A stretch of DNA of 64,000 bases from Raillietiella orientalis (GCA_036172245.1 JAYWIR010000045.1:682001-746000), one strand, 5' to 3'. Shown: positions 39,320-52,619, counted from the stretch's first letter. Program-made: numbers and translations. Notes: generated from the sequence alone by a model not told the origin.

Positions 39320-42100
39320 GCTAAAGATGCGCTTTCACTTTCTCCCCGGTCGCCAGATGAAGAACTGAGTTGGGGGAGGCTTCGAGAGTCGAAGTCTACG
39401 TCAAAGAAACCAGTGGTTCATCTGAAGATGATTTGTGGCAATAGCTCCAACCTTAGAGCTTGCACTCTCGGACGAGAGCAGCTGGAGAGAGCACTAGGTG
39501 GACGTGAGCATCCTTCGATACAAAACCGTTGCACCTCTTACCGACGCGCAGCACTTTGTTTCCTTGACGCCATTCTTAATTCTCACCTGGTGGCACTGGA
39601 ACGTTGATTGCTAAATAAAAGTATTTACAAAAAAGTGGCTCTATAAAATACAAAAAATATCTTTCCTTGTAGTGGCTCTACATGATCACTACGAAGGGAA
39701 GTGCCGCCTCGAAATCTCTGCTTCTCATGAGCACAGGAGAAGTGGGAGGAAAGGGGTAAACAGGAAAAAAACGCCGTTCTTTACAGGCTCCACGAAAAGC
39801 AGGAGGCTGACAAAAGCACCTCCTCTCCGGAATAGGGAAAAGCGGATGCAGCACCGCTGTCAAAAGAGGGATTCCAGGGAAGGGAGGCAGAAACAGATAC
39901 TCATTGTATCTGTACGAAGCAATCTCGCGTGTGGAACTTTCCTCCTTGGATGCGAGCGATGCACGGCACCTTCGACTACCCTCCAAACAACGAAACGTAC
40001 TTCCCCATGCTCCTTACCCTCCCCTGGGTTTGCCGAGCAGTCCTTGGTGTGCCTCCCGTGGAGACTTCAGGGCAATCTGATCAACTAGGCACCTCAGGAG
40101 CAGGCGATGAAGGCAGCCCCGCGATTCTCCGATGAGCCGCAGCCATGCTGGAACGGGCCCCCATGTTCCTTGCTTCCTCCCTGTTCGGGAGCCAAGCCGA
40201 CGATGTTCCGAACCCCATGGAAACCTAGATCACTCCTATGCTTCCATCCGTCCGTTCAAAGTCGCTTCCGATCCCAGCGTGTTCCCGAGCAAATCTCCTG
40301 CGAGAAGTTGACAGCTGATCCAAGGACTTCACCGCTTTCTTGTCGATTGCCGCAACCACTCAGTCATCCATTAAACAGAATAGGATTCCATTCCTCGGGA
40401 TTTTTTTTTCTTCAATTTTTCTGTCAAAGAGGGAGGAAAAGATGAAAAATCGTGCTGCTCGGCCAATTTATCACGCACGCAATCCAGCGACTTTTGTTAG
40501 ATTTATCTGATACGGGGAGCCGCTGCTCCGCTTCTTGGAGGCGCCACCTCCGGTGCAAGTACCTCTCGATCCCATCGGAAGACATGTCATCGTTTTCCGG
40601 GAGATGATTTTTCCAGAGTTCAGGAAACTGCTGGCGTAGAAAAGGAACAGAGGCTGGCCGTTTCGTGCTTCGCCAGCAACGCGTCCTCGCGCCCTTTTCG
40701 CCTCGGCAGCGGCGGCTCTCCGCGTGAGCTCTAATGGTGTGCAGCCCTCGGGCTGTTCGCTGCCGGTCAGAACCGGAAGGGGGGATGCACGAAGGAAGGA
40801 ACAGAGAAAGCCGGGTACCAAGAAAGGGGAGCGCGTCCGAAGGGACGGACAAGGAAACTGTCGCTTACCTCTTCCGAGAGCGGCGTCCTTGTGACAGATG
40901 GCGCTTTCGCGAAAGAACCTGATGTGGAAGTTCCTTTTCGAGGGGTCCATTTCCTTCATCCGCACGGGTTGAGATCGGGGAAGGCGGTAGTTCGAACGGT
41001 CTATTAAACGCGCGAGCGACATTTCCCGGTGGAACAGCGCGGTTGCTCCCGAGCTGCAACCGGCGCTCCGCGCGGGATCTCGTCTTTTCGATCTCCAGAG
41101 GCCGGCCGCCTAGTCCCCTTCGATCGTCCCCGATGCTTCGAATTTCGGAGGATGCACCATCCTGGATCCCGACGACCATTTTCCCGAATGGATGCTGCTT
41201 GTTCTTGATCGCGTAATAGGACTCGCTTGGAAATGATGTATTCTCGATATTAGGGAAGCTTTGAATCCAACACCGCTGCGGAGTCGGATCCTCGAATAGG
41301 AGGAAAAATTTTCATCTCTTCACGGCTGACGGCGTCTCTTCTTTATGGTGAGGATGCTTCGGAATGAGAAGCAATCTGCGAGGAGGGGAGATAATCGAAA
41401 GCATCTGTACCTTCGAATTTTTTTTTTTGCCTCCGTCGTGCCCCATGAATCGTAAGAAATCGGATCACGTAGTAGCGAGCTCTGGGAACCACGTGGCGGC
41501 GCGATGGTTCAGGACGGATCTCGCTAGAGGACAACCGCGTCGCGCCTTTCCCCCTCTTTGGAGGTTTGACGAAATTACCGTTGGTTGCCCAGCAGTGGGG
41601 CAAACTCCTAAACTTCTCCCGCGGAAGAAAGAAGGGGGAAGAGGGGGGGGGGGAAGAGAATCGATATCCAGACCTTCCGAACGTGGTTCGAGGAACCTCC
41701 GTAAGGAAATCCAGTCGAAGGAGCAGCAGATCCGTCAAGCAGGGGCACACCCCCTAGCTGCACTCCCAGTGGCACCTCCTAGTAGACTGTGTTGCTCTCC
41801 GGTCTCTTTGGGGACGGCTTGCCGCGACCATTGGAACCCCTGGCCGCAATATCAGAGACGTTTTGAAGCGCCTCTTCCTGCACGACGCCCTCATGCCGGT
41901 CTCATCCCCAGCAGCACTTTGCTGTCTACACGGCAGGACCGTGGCTGCATGGAGCAACGCCAGAGGAGGCCAGAACGACAGGGACGCCATTTATTTTGCT
42001 GTCCTCTTCATGAGGACAAAATGGTCCCATCTGAAAGTCTTGAAACAGGAACTTGCCGGCATCCTTACAAGGATGCAGTGGACACCCTCCAGCACACAGT
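39320..42100 (+). pseudogene. Near full-length decayed pPolB
   Basis: SIQNR..CFLDAIL (39557-39577), GCERC, CRNH, DPDDHFPEWMLLVLDRVIGLAW (41165-41230; motif A), LFLHDALMP..YT (motif C region), PLHEDKMV. Confidence 0.65.
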
Positions 42101-43497
42101 GATCCCTTCCCTTTCCTTTTATTTTGTGACTGTATTTTCTTGTTTTATTTTTTTCTTTTTGTTTGTCTCTCCTTTTCCTGGGCTGCCGAGGCGAACCCTG
42201 CTAACCGGCGTGCCAGTTCCGGACAGGTCCTCCTCGTGTTTATAAGTGATGTGGCGGGATCAAACGTCCTGCCACAGGCGTGTTCGTTTATTTTTTTATA
42301 AATAAACGCCCCGGCATGTCAACCAGTGGCTGGGAGAAGGTGTGACCCCATGTCGTAGGGAGGCGGGAAGAGTGTGCTGGCAGCTGCATGCTTCCCGCTA
42401 ACAAGACCGTCCCCAGAAGCTGCTTCTCTTCCCCCCCACCTCCACCCCCATCTGCGCCACATGAGCGTCAGTGAGATGGGAAGGGGAAAGAAGATTCTCT
42501 AAGTGATGATTCGAATGAGGAGCAGAGTGGGAAATGGGCGCGCTGAATCGATCGTGCCTGCCGCAGCGGCAGGAATATTCCTGAGGCATTTCACAATTTT
42601 CACCGCCTTTGAAGCCGTACCATGCTCCCGGGAGTCCTACTGCTTGGTTTACCAGGGAGTCGCATCCCCAAAATGCTTGAGGCGAGGGTAGGCGGAATCG
42701 TTCCTGCATCTGCTTTCGGCTGCAGCGCCCACCAGGAACCCAGGAAGAGGCTGCCTTCAGCGCTCCTGGACCCCGAGCACATTGCCGAGGACCTACTGCA
42801 GGGATTCTTCTCGCATCTCCGTCTTCCTTCCCTCCTGGAAGGAAGGAGGGAACATGGTGATCGCCGGCATTGTGGGTTCCGGTGCGGAGCCAAAGGCCCC
42901 TGCCCCCACCCTTCCTCCATCTATTTATTTACGATCTTATTCTCCCTCTCTCCTGATGACCGACCTGCGCGACCTTCCCCTTGGAATTTTCTTTCCTTTT
43001 CTCGCTTCGGGAGCTGCCTTTTCCCCAACCTGCCTGTTTATTTATTTATTTTTAAATCAACGCCCCGCGTGAGGAACTGCGCTGCACCGCAGAAGAGCGT
43101 TCGCTTCTCTGATCCTCTTCCCCGCATCGCGCCCTCCATCGTCACGGCCCGCCACGTCCTGAAGACGCCAGACGAAGCAGAGGAAGGCCACCTGCACGGC
43201 GGCCCCACATGATGGCGGCTGAGAGGTGGTCTCGCCTGAAAGAAAAAGTGAAGATGGATGTCGGTGCCATCCAGCGCAGGTACTGAACTAGAAGGGGTGG
43301 CCACAGATAAAGACCCCTGTTCCCACGTTCCCTTCATTTATTTATTGTCTCATTCCTACTCGCTCCCGACTGCCCCGGTGATCGACCTGCGTGTCTGCGG
43401 ACCTTCCCCTTGCTTTTTTGTCTGTTGTTGTTTCGGAAGCTGTTTTTTTTTCCAGCTTACCTGTTTGTTCATTTTTAAAAAAAACCTCCGGGGGTGA
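42099..43497 (+). repeat. Cluster of three short T-rich elements (~42099-42320, 42895-43072, 43312-43497)
   Basis: Shared layout: g(t)gacccc/ggcccctg start, tttatttatt-like tract, gacctgcg..gaccttcccctt core (latter two copies), cctgttt..atttttaaa..cc(c)cg end. Confidence 0.65.
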
Positions 43498-43890
43498 TTG
43501 GGAGAAGAGCTGCCACCTCCTCGCCGCCCGAAAAGGAGAGTCCGCCGCCTGTATTTGGCGTCTTCCTTTGCCTCTCTTCTTTCATCCCTGCCGCTGAGTT
43601 TCTTCCGCTGGCCAGGCAGCACCACGCATGATGACTCCACCCCAACTTTCGTTCTGGGGTCGCGGAGTATGTGGTTTCCCGAGAATCTCCTCCCTCCCCC
43701 CTCTTCCTCCTCCTTCTCCACCTTGCACCACCTTCCTGGATGGCGATAGTAGAGCCAAATTCGTGACGGCATCGGAACGATTCTTGCATGCTTCCCGCTA
43801 ACAAGGCCGTCCCCAGAAGCTGCTTCTCTTCTCCCTCACCTCCACCCCCATCTGCGCCACATGAGGTCAGTGAGATGGGAAGGGGAAAGA
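42385..43890 (+). repeat. ~105-bp direct repeats (42385-42491 and 43785-43890)
   Basis: tgcatgcttcccgctaacaag(a/g)ccgtccccagaagctgc...gtcagtgagatgggaaggggaaaga at offset 1,400. Confidence 0.9.
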
Positions 43891-43949
43891 GGGAGAAGAA
43901 CCGGTTCTGTCCCGGCGTGACGCATGTGCGCCACCCGTCCCCTGGGCAG

Positions 43950-44880
43950 GGCTGGTGCTCCGGGCAAAGAGTCGCTGCGAGCACTCCTCCGCGGATCCCA
44001 ACTTGCCTGGTTGCCTACCGCCCTGCAACTGTCCGCAGCAGCCGGCACCTCCCATGGTACCCGATGAGCGTCGCATCAGGAGCTCCGTGAAGCTAACCCT
44101 CAGCTCATCCCACTTCGAGCATCTCTCCGACACGCCCTTCTCGTGGGCGCCCCGCTCGCGCCGGCAGGAGATGCAATTGGGGAGCAGTTGGACCGGAATG
44201 CAAGAGATTCTTGCGTGAATCTCGAAGAGTTCCAACAGTAAACCAGAGCACTTCTTGCCGAGTAATTCCTGGATGAGGTCAGGTGTCGCAGCGTCACGTA
44301 TCTTGAAATCCTCCTTGGATGGACTCACAAACCCAGGCAAGAAGCGCACGAGTCCCTTGGACTGCGGTGAAGCGCACCCGCCGAGCGATCGAGGTCGCGG
44401 ACAGAAGCATCCTCCTTGTCCAGTGCTAAACTCTCCCTGATTCTCCCTGCTGATAAAGGCCGCAGTCGTGAAAGGATTCCATCGTCAGCTTGTGACTCCC
44501 GGATCCCACTCTTTCTGCTTGTGAGCCGGGTTAGCGCATGACCGCGAGATGCGGCTCCAGCAACGAACCAGGAGGAAGGGGAAAAAATAGCATTCCCGAA
44601 TGCCTTTCCGAATTGGAAATCAACCGAGCAGTAAGCAGATCCGGAAAAAAGCATGTACCTGGCACATCCCTTATCATTCCTGTATTTTTCCCCTCTTTTT
44701 GCCAAATGAAAGGGTATATTTATATCCAGGAGACTCCGTTGCTAATATGCATAACGGAGAATTCCGTCTAGGTTTTACTACGCCGGTTGGCGACGTCCGC
44801 AGGAAATCATGGAGCAGATTTCTCGGGTGGACTCTTAAAATCCACTCAGCTACTCCTGGCACTTGCTGGACACGCTCATC
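43950..44880 (-). pseudogene. Decayed pPolB, N-terminal region
   Basis: GVAEWIL (GSGWxL), NSPLCILA (GSSYIxLP), NDKGCARY (NDxxCFxY). Confidence 0.4.
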
Positions 44881-44888
44881 CTTCTGTT

Positions 44889-45200
44889 GCCGGCCGCGTA
44901 GCCGCGGTCTCCACGTGCGGTACCGAGCTTTGAGGGTTCGAATCCCCACCGGGGGAAGGACCGACGGCGAAAAATGGGTGCGTCGTGGGTTGCAAGTCCC
45001 CCCTTCACTCCGCAGGATGAGGCTGGTTGGACCGTAGGCTTCGGCCGCGACATTGGATGTCCCTCTGACTGGCCAGGATTGGAAGTCGACCCTCCGGGGT
45101 CCCTTCCTGGAATCAAGATGTCGGTTTCCTTCGAGGTCGCTCTTGTGCCTCTACTCAGTATCGCAAACGGTGAGGAGTGATAGAAGGAGCCTTTCACGCA
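44889..45200 (+). repeat. tRNA-headed structured element, 3'-truncated
   Basis: gccggccgcgtagccgcggtc (A-box-like), gggttcgaatccc B-box (44934-44946), ggcttcggcc UUCG hairpin (45037-45046). Confidence 0.75.
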
Positions 45201-45599
45201 TGTGCGCCGAGCATCGACGGGAGAATGGCTCGCCAGACAGACACTGGACCTCGGTTCGGATTCAAAGAGAGTTCCGCAAACCTCATCATCTCCATCCTCT
45301 CTCTCGTGGCTTGAATTTCTCCAGAAGCCAGAATGCTGAAAGGCTCGCGATTGGTCCGGAATAGCTGATCCAGGAAGGTGGTCTGCAGGCCTGCACTCTT
45401 CTGCATCTTCGGCGCCTGGAACCAAGCAAGCAATCCCACCGCTTCCATGAGAGCTTTCTAAAACTTTCTCATTCTCCTGCCGCTCATTTGCCGTCATCCA
45501 CGCAGCAGCTGCAGGTAGTGGGAACGCTTCGCGGCACATCCCGAGCTTCAAAACCCACCCAGGGGGTCACCCGTCAGCTTTCGCAGAGATGATCCTTTC

Positions 45600-46850
45600 C
45601 CAACTCGTTGGGCAATCTCGCCGAAGGGAACTTTGCATCTAAGATTTCTCCCAAGCGATCCCAAACAATCTTCCTCCGTAGAACTAGGGATAATCCCTGG
45701 GAGGCGAACTCTTCTTACCAGGAAAGGCGTTTCGTTTTTCGTTTTCGAGTGGTGAGCTTCTTAGACCTTTCGGCTGCTTCATCCAGAAGGCAGTCTCAGA
45801 AGGGAAACAGAATCCTTTTCAAAGTTCGTCACCCAGTCCATCTTCATCTTCGACATCCCACAACTGATAATTGCAGAGATCGATCAGTTAGTACGGACCC
45901 TACGAAGGGCAACGCTTCCTAAAGTGGGCTGGCGATGCGTTTGCGAACGAGAGACTCCGGTCACGTCTTTTTGCTCTGCAGAGCTCTTCCTCCCCAAGGC
46001 ACCTTCCCTTCTGCACTCTGTCTCAGGTGAGCGTCCTCAACGGTCATGAGCTCGATGATATGACTACAGAGAGAGTGGAGCAATGCTCTCTGCACTCGAG
46101 GAAGCTGCGAGGGAGTGCCGAAGGACGAGAGGACAACGAGGTCCGAAGGAATCACATGTGGGGTCGTGTCAAAAGCGCTCCTCTGGATCCGCAATGCAGA
46201 GTCAGTGCAACCGGAAAGCTCGAAAAAAGACCTCTGAAAGTTGAAGGGCGCTACTCGGCCTTCCTTTGTTGGGAAGAGCGCCGTGTAGGAAATCAACCGC
46301 TCTGTTCTCGAGATCGTTGTGTGCCGCTCTTTCTGAAAACAGAAGGTTGAAATGAAATCTTCGTTTTTCTTGCTTTTCGTTTCAGTGAAACGGCGCAGTA
46401 ATCGTTTCAGATCATCAAAAAGATCCTCACTTCCCTGCTGTTCATTCTCTGGGTCTTTTAGAGAGGCATGTCCTATTGCCTGAACGACTTTCTCTCCTTC
46501 CAATCCTCTGCATGAGTCTTTGCACTCTGCCGTCTCAGTCGGTCCACACTTCCGTCTCGACCCACCGTTCTGTTTGGGTGTCTCACTCGGCCTCTTCCGA
46601 GGAAACATGGCTGTTCCTGATCGAGTTTTGTATCACTCTTCATCATCCCCTTTCAAATCCAGCAAGGAAGAATCCCATCGAGATCGGAAGGTCTCTCATC
46701 CCGTCACGACACCGTGTTCGAACCACGGGTTCCCGTTTTCAGTTTCCGTTTGTGGCATAAGCCAGCAACCAGAAATCGAGGAGAGTGGTCTTCCGGATGG
46801 CATTTCGAAGATGCCCGCTCTTTTCGTTTTCTCGTTTTCGTTTTTACTCC
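45600..46850 (-). pseudogene. Decayed pPolB, middle region
   Basis: ORF 45961-46608: YTALFPTKEG (ETxLPxKExF), SDLVVLSSF (TDVxLLxDVF), IIELMTVEDAHL (LELLTDxDMxL), EGKVPWGG (ExGIRGG). Confidence 0.6.
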
Positions 46851-47199
46851 CTTCCCTCTGATCCGTAGGCCTCTAATGTGAATTGGTCTCGTGCTTTCGG
46901 AAGAACAGCTTCTGCTTTTGAAGAGAAGAGATTTCTGCGAGCAGCGTTGCATCTTACCGAATTTTTCTTGGCAGAGAGACGTTTCACTCGCCATGTTTAT
47001 CCTTCTTTCATCCTTCCCGGAACATTTTGTTGTTGTTGTCGCTGCTGCTCCTGCTCCTGCTGTTCCTTGCTCCATCACCTTGCGCCGAGCCATGACGCTA
47101 ACATCCGCTGCTCCGATTCTCATCATCGATTCGAGCAGCTGACTTAGGTTCGTGCGGCTCCGCTTCGCCCCTAGCAGACCGTCTTAAAGCGTCCTCCAG

Positions 47200-48700
47200 A
47201 CTGGCGGACGATTGGTACGCAACGACAGGATGTTTTCATGAGACGACTGGAGGTCGGCGCCCAACGACAAGGGGCTGACATGCAACGACAGGAAGTCGGT
47301 ACGCAACGGCAGGAAATTTTCCCACTCTCTCAAGCAGGAGCGCTCGCTTATCATCGAATAGACAAAACAGGAATCAAGCCGGAGAAGAGTTCCTTTCTTA
47401 ATGAAGTTCAGGCGGACGGTATTGTCGGTGGTGAACGATTCTCTTCGGGGAGTGGGACCTGGAAGAACAGTAAGTGGTGGGAAGGAAAAGAAAGTGGATC
47501 GCGAGCAGAGGGGAGGATTTCCGGGATCTCTTCTCTTCCTGATGCAGATGAGGAGCCACTTCCCCCTGTAGAGATTGCTAGGAGATGACCTCGAGAGCTC
47601 AGGGAGGGAGCCAGTGCTGCTGCTCCCTGAGAAGCTGTGCCATAAGTAGGTAGCAGGAGACTGCCGTCTCGGATACCTCTCTTGGCGCAGAAAGACCTTT
47701 CCCCCCAAGGGTCCTCAGGAATGCCGTTCCGATGAGACAGGGCTCCGGCCGCGCCTTTGCCCCTACGCAGAGAGCACCGCAAGAGAGCAGCTGGAGCTAA
47801 CGGACTCCACCATTCCGTACCACGTGCGTCCCGTCCCTCGTTGGGCGGAGGCGGCATTCATCCTGGGTTGAGGACCCCCTCAATCCGTTATGAGTAGTCA
47901 GAGCATGGAGAAGAGCATGGAGTTGTTCGACAGTGGGAGAGGGAAGGACCTCCCTCCTACCGCTGGCAGCGATGCGAGGTCGATGCGCGGGAGGGCTGCT
48001 AAGCAGCGACAGCGAAGTTGTAGCAAGCAGCCACGAGAGGTCGGACCGGCAGCTACAGGAACCCTGCTGTGGAAGACAACCACGAGGAGCATGCGGCCGA
48101 AGGAGAGCGGACTGTTACGAAGGAGCGAATTTTTCGAACGTTCCAGAATTTCCTGCGAGCGTCTCCGGAGCGCCTCTTCGTCTTCGTCAGCGCCCCGCTT
48201 CCTTCCGAGAGAGTTAGATGCGTTGCCCAGGGCAGCTTCATCAGAAACGCTCCCACCGATGCGTAACTCTGCTTAATTCTGACCCAGGAAGTGGAAACCC
48301 TATTGGCAACTTCGAAGGCTGGGCGGTCCCTAAACCCCTTGTCTCCTTTCGGCCTTGCATTGCTCCTCGAAAGCCCTCCCATCCTGGACATTTCAGGAAG
48401 CGGAAATCCGACCCTCGGGCATCCCTCCGGGATGTGGCTGCAAAAGGACTCCTCATAGAGCGGTTCCGCCTGCTCTGAACCGTATCGCAGAGGTTGACTT
48501 TGCGAGAAAGTCGGACAAGGAGCTAAGGGTCCCGGAAACGAGGCACGCAGCTAACGAGCACCTGTAGCTCCGAGGTGCACGACCTCCTCACTCACCGGGG
48601 AGAACAAAAGATGGCGCCTCCCAAGAGAAACAACCTATCGTTCCTGGGTCCGGCAAGAGAGAGATTGAGGAGCGCTTCCAGCTGAAGACAGGGTCGGCTC
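47200..48700 (+). pseudogene. Decayed pPolB, N-terminal region with upstream 7-aa repeats
   Basis: ERFSSGSGTW (47433-47462), GISSLP, GGLLSS, TFQNFLRASPERLFVFV (FxNFxK..PFVIYA). Confidence 0.55.
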
Positions 48701-48899
48701 CTTCACTCGCCTCCGGTCTCGCCTCTCCAGAGAGAGACCATTCTCCGCGAGATCCCTTTCCCTCGGCCGCCGGTGGCGTTGGAACGCGCGTGGCAACTTC
48801 GCCGGTTTTCCGGGCCTTAGCAGCGCAAGCAGGAGCTGGAGGCTTGATGGATGCGAAGATATTGAGTGGTCACCGTGTCAGGAAAAAGGGTTCAACCCC

Positions 48900-50170
48900 G
48901 TCGAGGAACCCACCCCCTTCCTGACTTCATGACACGTCGAAGACGCGTGCTCTCCGTGTGGAACCAACGTTGCCTCAGACTGCTTCGAGGGACCCCCAAT
49001 GTTCCCGAACGAGACCGTAGTAGAAGGAGGGAGGGAGGGTAAGAGAAGGAGAAAGCACTCCTACGGCACCCACTCCTCGCTGTTTCTTCCTCCCGCCCTC
49101 AAGAAAGATCAGCACAGAAGGATGCTGCGCTTCTTCTTAGGAAAGAAGGGAGATGAGCATGGCATCAGAAGCAAGTAGAGGATTCTTTTCGGTCTCCCCC
49201 TTCCTTGGAGGCGCCTGCCTGGGAGCCTGAAGGGACACTCATCTTTCTTTTGGAAGCTCCCGTAGTCCGGACGGGGCTAGTCCAGGAGTAGGGAGACCGG
49301 CATCGTAACAAGGAAGAAAACGGGAAAAGGGGGCTCATCTCATCCAAGAGTTATCCACCTTTTCTTGAAGCGGATCCACGGTCTTCGAAGACAAACTTGT
49401 CCGCGGTGATGGCCTGTTCGATCGCTTCCGAGGTCGCAAGGTCTTCGAAGGAGGGGGAGCGACCTCCTAAAGTTTCTCTTGGAGAGTCCGTCTCTGAGAA
49501 AATTCAGTTGTCAGGACTCCTCCATTTGTTGCATCTTGGCTAATTCGGCCCGGGTCCTCGCAGGGTCGTAAAAGGGATGATGACTGGAGGAAGAGCCTCC
49601 CTTTGGTGAGCGAGCGGCTCGATGGCAGAGGACCAGGGCCGCGGCCCCAGCCCTCCTCCATCGTCATTCCTTGTGGAGGAGGATAGAGAAGCTGAAAGCG
49701 CTCCGGATACACCTCCGTGCATCCTGCTCGCGACCCCAGTTGGGGGCGGGATCGCTGGAATGGGGAAGAAAGGGAAGAGTACAGCTGTACCGGCTCCCCG
49801 AGTCTTCTCAGCATCCGGTAGCAGATGCGCGGCTTCGTCAGCTGGTCGAGAAGCACAAGAAGAATCCATCGGCTCCCTCATTTCCCAGCTCATCTCCTGG
49901 GGAGAGGGAGGAAGCAGAAAGGGAAACTTACGTTTTCGTGAGTGGGGAGTGAGGAAGGAAAAAGAGGAGGACAAGGCTGTTTCAGTGGAGCCTCCAGCCT
50001 CCCCAGTGGTGCTACCCGCACTTTCCGCGTAGGCCTGGGCCTCGGCGATGGCCGCTGCAGATAGCGCGGCGACCGCGACGCTGTAGTCCCTCGCCGGCGC
50101 GGGGGACGGAGCTTTCGGGGCAGGTGCCCCTATCTCCATGGGTACGGGGGACGTTCGCCCGTCCCCCACC
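48900..50170 (-). pseudogene. Decayed pPolB N-terminus with low-complexity leader
   Basis: KFVFEDRGSA (~49398-49369; FExRGSGW) downstream of the Ala/Pro/Ser-rich ORF 49540-50169. Confidence 0.35.
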
Positions 50171-50499
50171 CCACATTCACTAGTGGCGGGACATTCAATG
50201 TGGCGTCCGCGTTTGAATGAGACGATGCGGTTTCAGTGGCTGTAGAGGAGAGAGCATCCTCGGGGACGAAGACGCACCTTTGCCGTCCAGAATGAGGAAG
50301 ATAGCTCGAAGCAAAACACGATTGTCCTTCTCCCCTCTCCCTCCCCTCCTCTGACTTTTATTCCTCTCCAACAGATAAGGGGGAAGAAGGGGGGAGATCA
50401 CGTGGATGCCCGGAGGGCAGATTCCACGAAACTATTGATCTCTTCGTGCTGCTGGCACAAGTTCAGCGCAGGCCAAGGCACGGCTTCCCCGGATTCTCA

Positions 50500-52480
50500 G
50501 CGCCTCTTGCGGGAAGCGCGCCACACAGCAGCGGGGCGAAAGAATTGGCAGCATGGCGTGACCACCTCGCAAAGATGAGGACCCGTCAGCCTCGTATGGG
50601 TCGCGGTCCACGACGCCGGTTCAGCAGCTCGGGAAATTCCGCACCCTTGGGGACATTCTGACGATCGGGATGGGTGGAAATTGACTGCACCTTCCCCGTG
50701 GTTTCTGGGGCGAGGATCACAGGAACTCTCCCTGCGCCGGCGCGGGGCTGAAGAGGAGCGGGAGGGGTTCCGGATCAGAATAGGGCCCAGACCCTCCCTT
50801 CCGCATGTTCCACCAGGAAGCGTGGACAGTATCCGGTAGGAAAATCAGGAGGAAGCAGAGCACGGGATCAGGATCGGGCAAGGGGAATTCCCGGCCGGTG
50901 TCCTCCTGCCGTCAGAGGCAGAGACTCCGAGTCTGTGAGGGAGTTCGCCTCAACGAGGGTTCCTTCCCTCGCACCTTCAGAGTGACATCTCGAAGGCCTC
51001 TGTGACCACACCGCCGGAGCAGGAATCAGGTCACCGGCCGGCCATGACCGGCGACCTCTGCCGCGTGTCGGTATGAGGGCGTACCATCCAGGTTCGCATG
51101 CATTCTGACGATACTCGGAAATCCTCCAGGGTCCGTGAGCGAGGTCAGAAGCAGCAGTTCCCCCCTCCCCTCCCCTCTCGGAAAGCGGAGGGCATCTCTC
51201 GGTTTTCCCTTCTCCCCCTCAATTTCCGCACCAAATCCACTTCCTCGGCCTCGAGGACGATCCACGTTTCGCGCTACTCTGAGCCAGCCTGCACGGAGGG
51301 GAGCCTAACTTCGGATGAGTCGCTTGGCAACGGCCAGTCGTTGCCAAGAAAAGGAAACGGGGGGTCCCGGAGCCCACTTTGCCTAGCCGAGGGGCAGCAT
51401 GTGACTTCTCTTTGCTTGTGCTTCGGTGTCGAAGCTCCGTTCCAAACAGGAACGTGAAAAAACGGGAAACTCGCGACGCGGACGTCCCGAGACCGCACGC
51501 TATACCCGCCTGCAGAGGCTGAGGCAGCGCTGAGCACAAGCCAATGCAGCCCCCCGAGTAGCGAAGCCCGGAACCTCCTTCGATGCTGCACCCCCGAGGG
51601 ACATGCCCTGGGAGCGCGGCACGCTTACGGGGGCGCAGATCAGATTCTTCAGCACCCTGCAGCGCGTACCCTGCCCCCACCGTTTCCCAAATCCTGGGAA
51701 ACGTCGGCGAAAATCCATTCATCTACGTCGAGACTTCTTCCCCTTTCCTTCCCTTCCCCTCCCCTCCCCCCTCTCCTCAAAAAAAAATGAAATTCCTGAA
51801 GTAATGCCCCGTCCCGTGGAATAGTACTCTGGAGAGATTCCTCCTTCTTCCTGCTTCATTCCATCGAATAATTCTCGGCAGAGCCCATGGATAGGAGAGG
51901 GATGGGGGGCGAGGAATTCCGGCGGAGAGATGCCAGGGCGCGTCCACCCAACCTTCCTTAATCGGACTGTGACAAGGGAAGCAGCGCCGGCGGCGCATGC
52001 CTCCTCCGCCATCCTCCTTGAAGGAACGCGAGTGGTCGGGCAGGCAAAACTTCCCGCTGCAGCAGGTTCGATAGACCCGCCGGGAAAAGGATGTTCCTCG
52101 TCGGTGACTCCAGAAAGAATCTAAGGAAAAGAAGGCACTCGTTTCGATGCTCCTGGGCAGGAGAACTGAGAGGGATTCAGGAATGGGGGATGCTGGAAAT
52201 TTCCAGTGGGGAGGGGGGAGAGACCCCGCAGCCAAGATCGCTGCTGCTCCTTAAGAATGGTCTCGCTTGCTGCTCTCGATGTCCCGGTTTCCCTTGCGAC
52301 TTTTTCCTCTCTCGCGCTTGCGAGGCTCTCCCTGATTCCTCTGATGCGCTTTTTTTGCTTGGAGCTTCTCGTGTAGGCGCACACGGGGCCCTGAGAGCCA
52401 AAATGCTCCCCCTTGAGACCACTCGATTCTTTTCGCGCAAGCGCAGCCAGGAATCGTTCGACCGGAGAGACCATAGAGAA
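50500..52480 (-). pseudogene. Decayed pPolB, N-terminal half
   Basis: RKESSGL (~52430; GSGW position) and RVPVILAP (~50725; IPVxFHN). Weak. Confidence 0.3.
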
Positions 52481-52619
52481 GCGGAAACGTTGCTAGGATC
52501 TCTAGTGCTGACGTGGAGACCACGCGCCCACTCATGCCACGACTCTCTGTTACTTACCACCCACACTCCACCACACGGCAATCAACCCCTCCCTTTCCTC
52601 TTCACCCCGTACTGCGAAG

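Noticed and set aside
40340..40620. Adenain/Ulp1 protease on - (SRWIACVIN)
   Set aside because: Catalytic His absent, and the region is in register with the plus-strand pPolB relic.
45960..46830. A32-like packaging ATPase (KTTLL, LFDDL)
   Set aside because: Walker A needs a frameshift; the same ORF holds four consecutive pPolB motifs.
47950..48480. SGNH hydrolase (FVFVSAPLP)
   Set aside because: No GDS or DxxH; matches pPolB FxNF..PFVIY downstream of a GSGW motif.
50110..50170. Gypsy gag PMEIG motif
   Set aside because: No CCHC knuckle, protease or RT follows.
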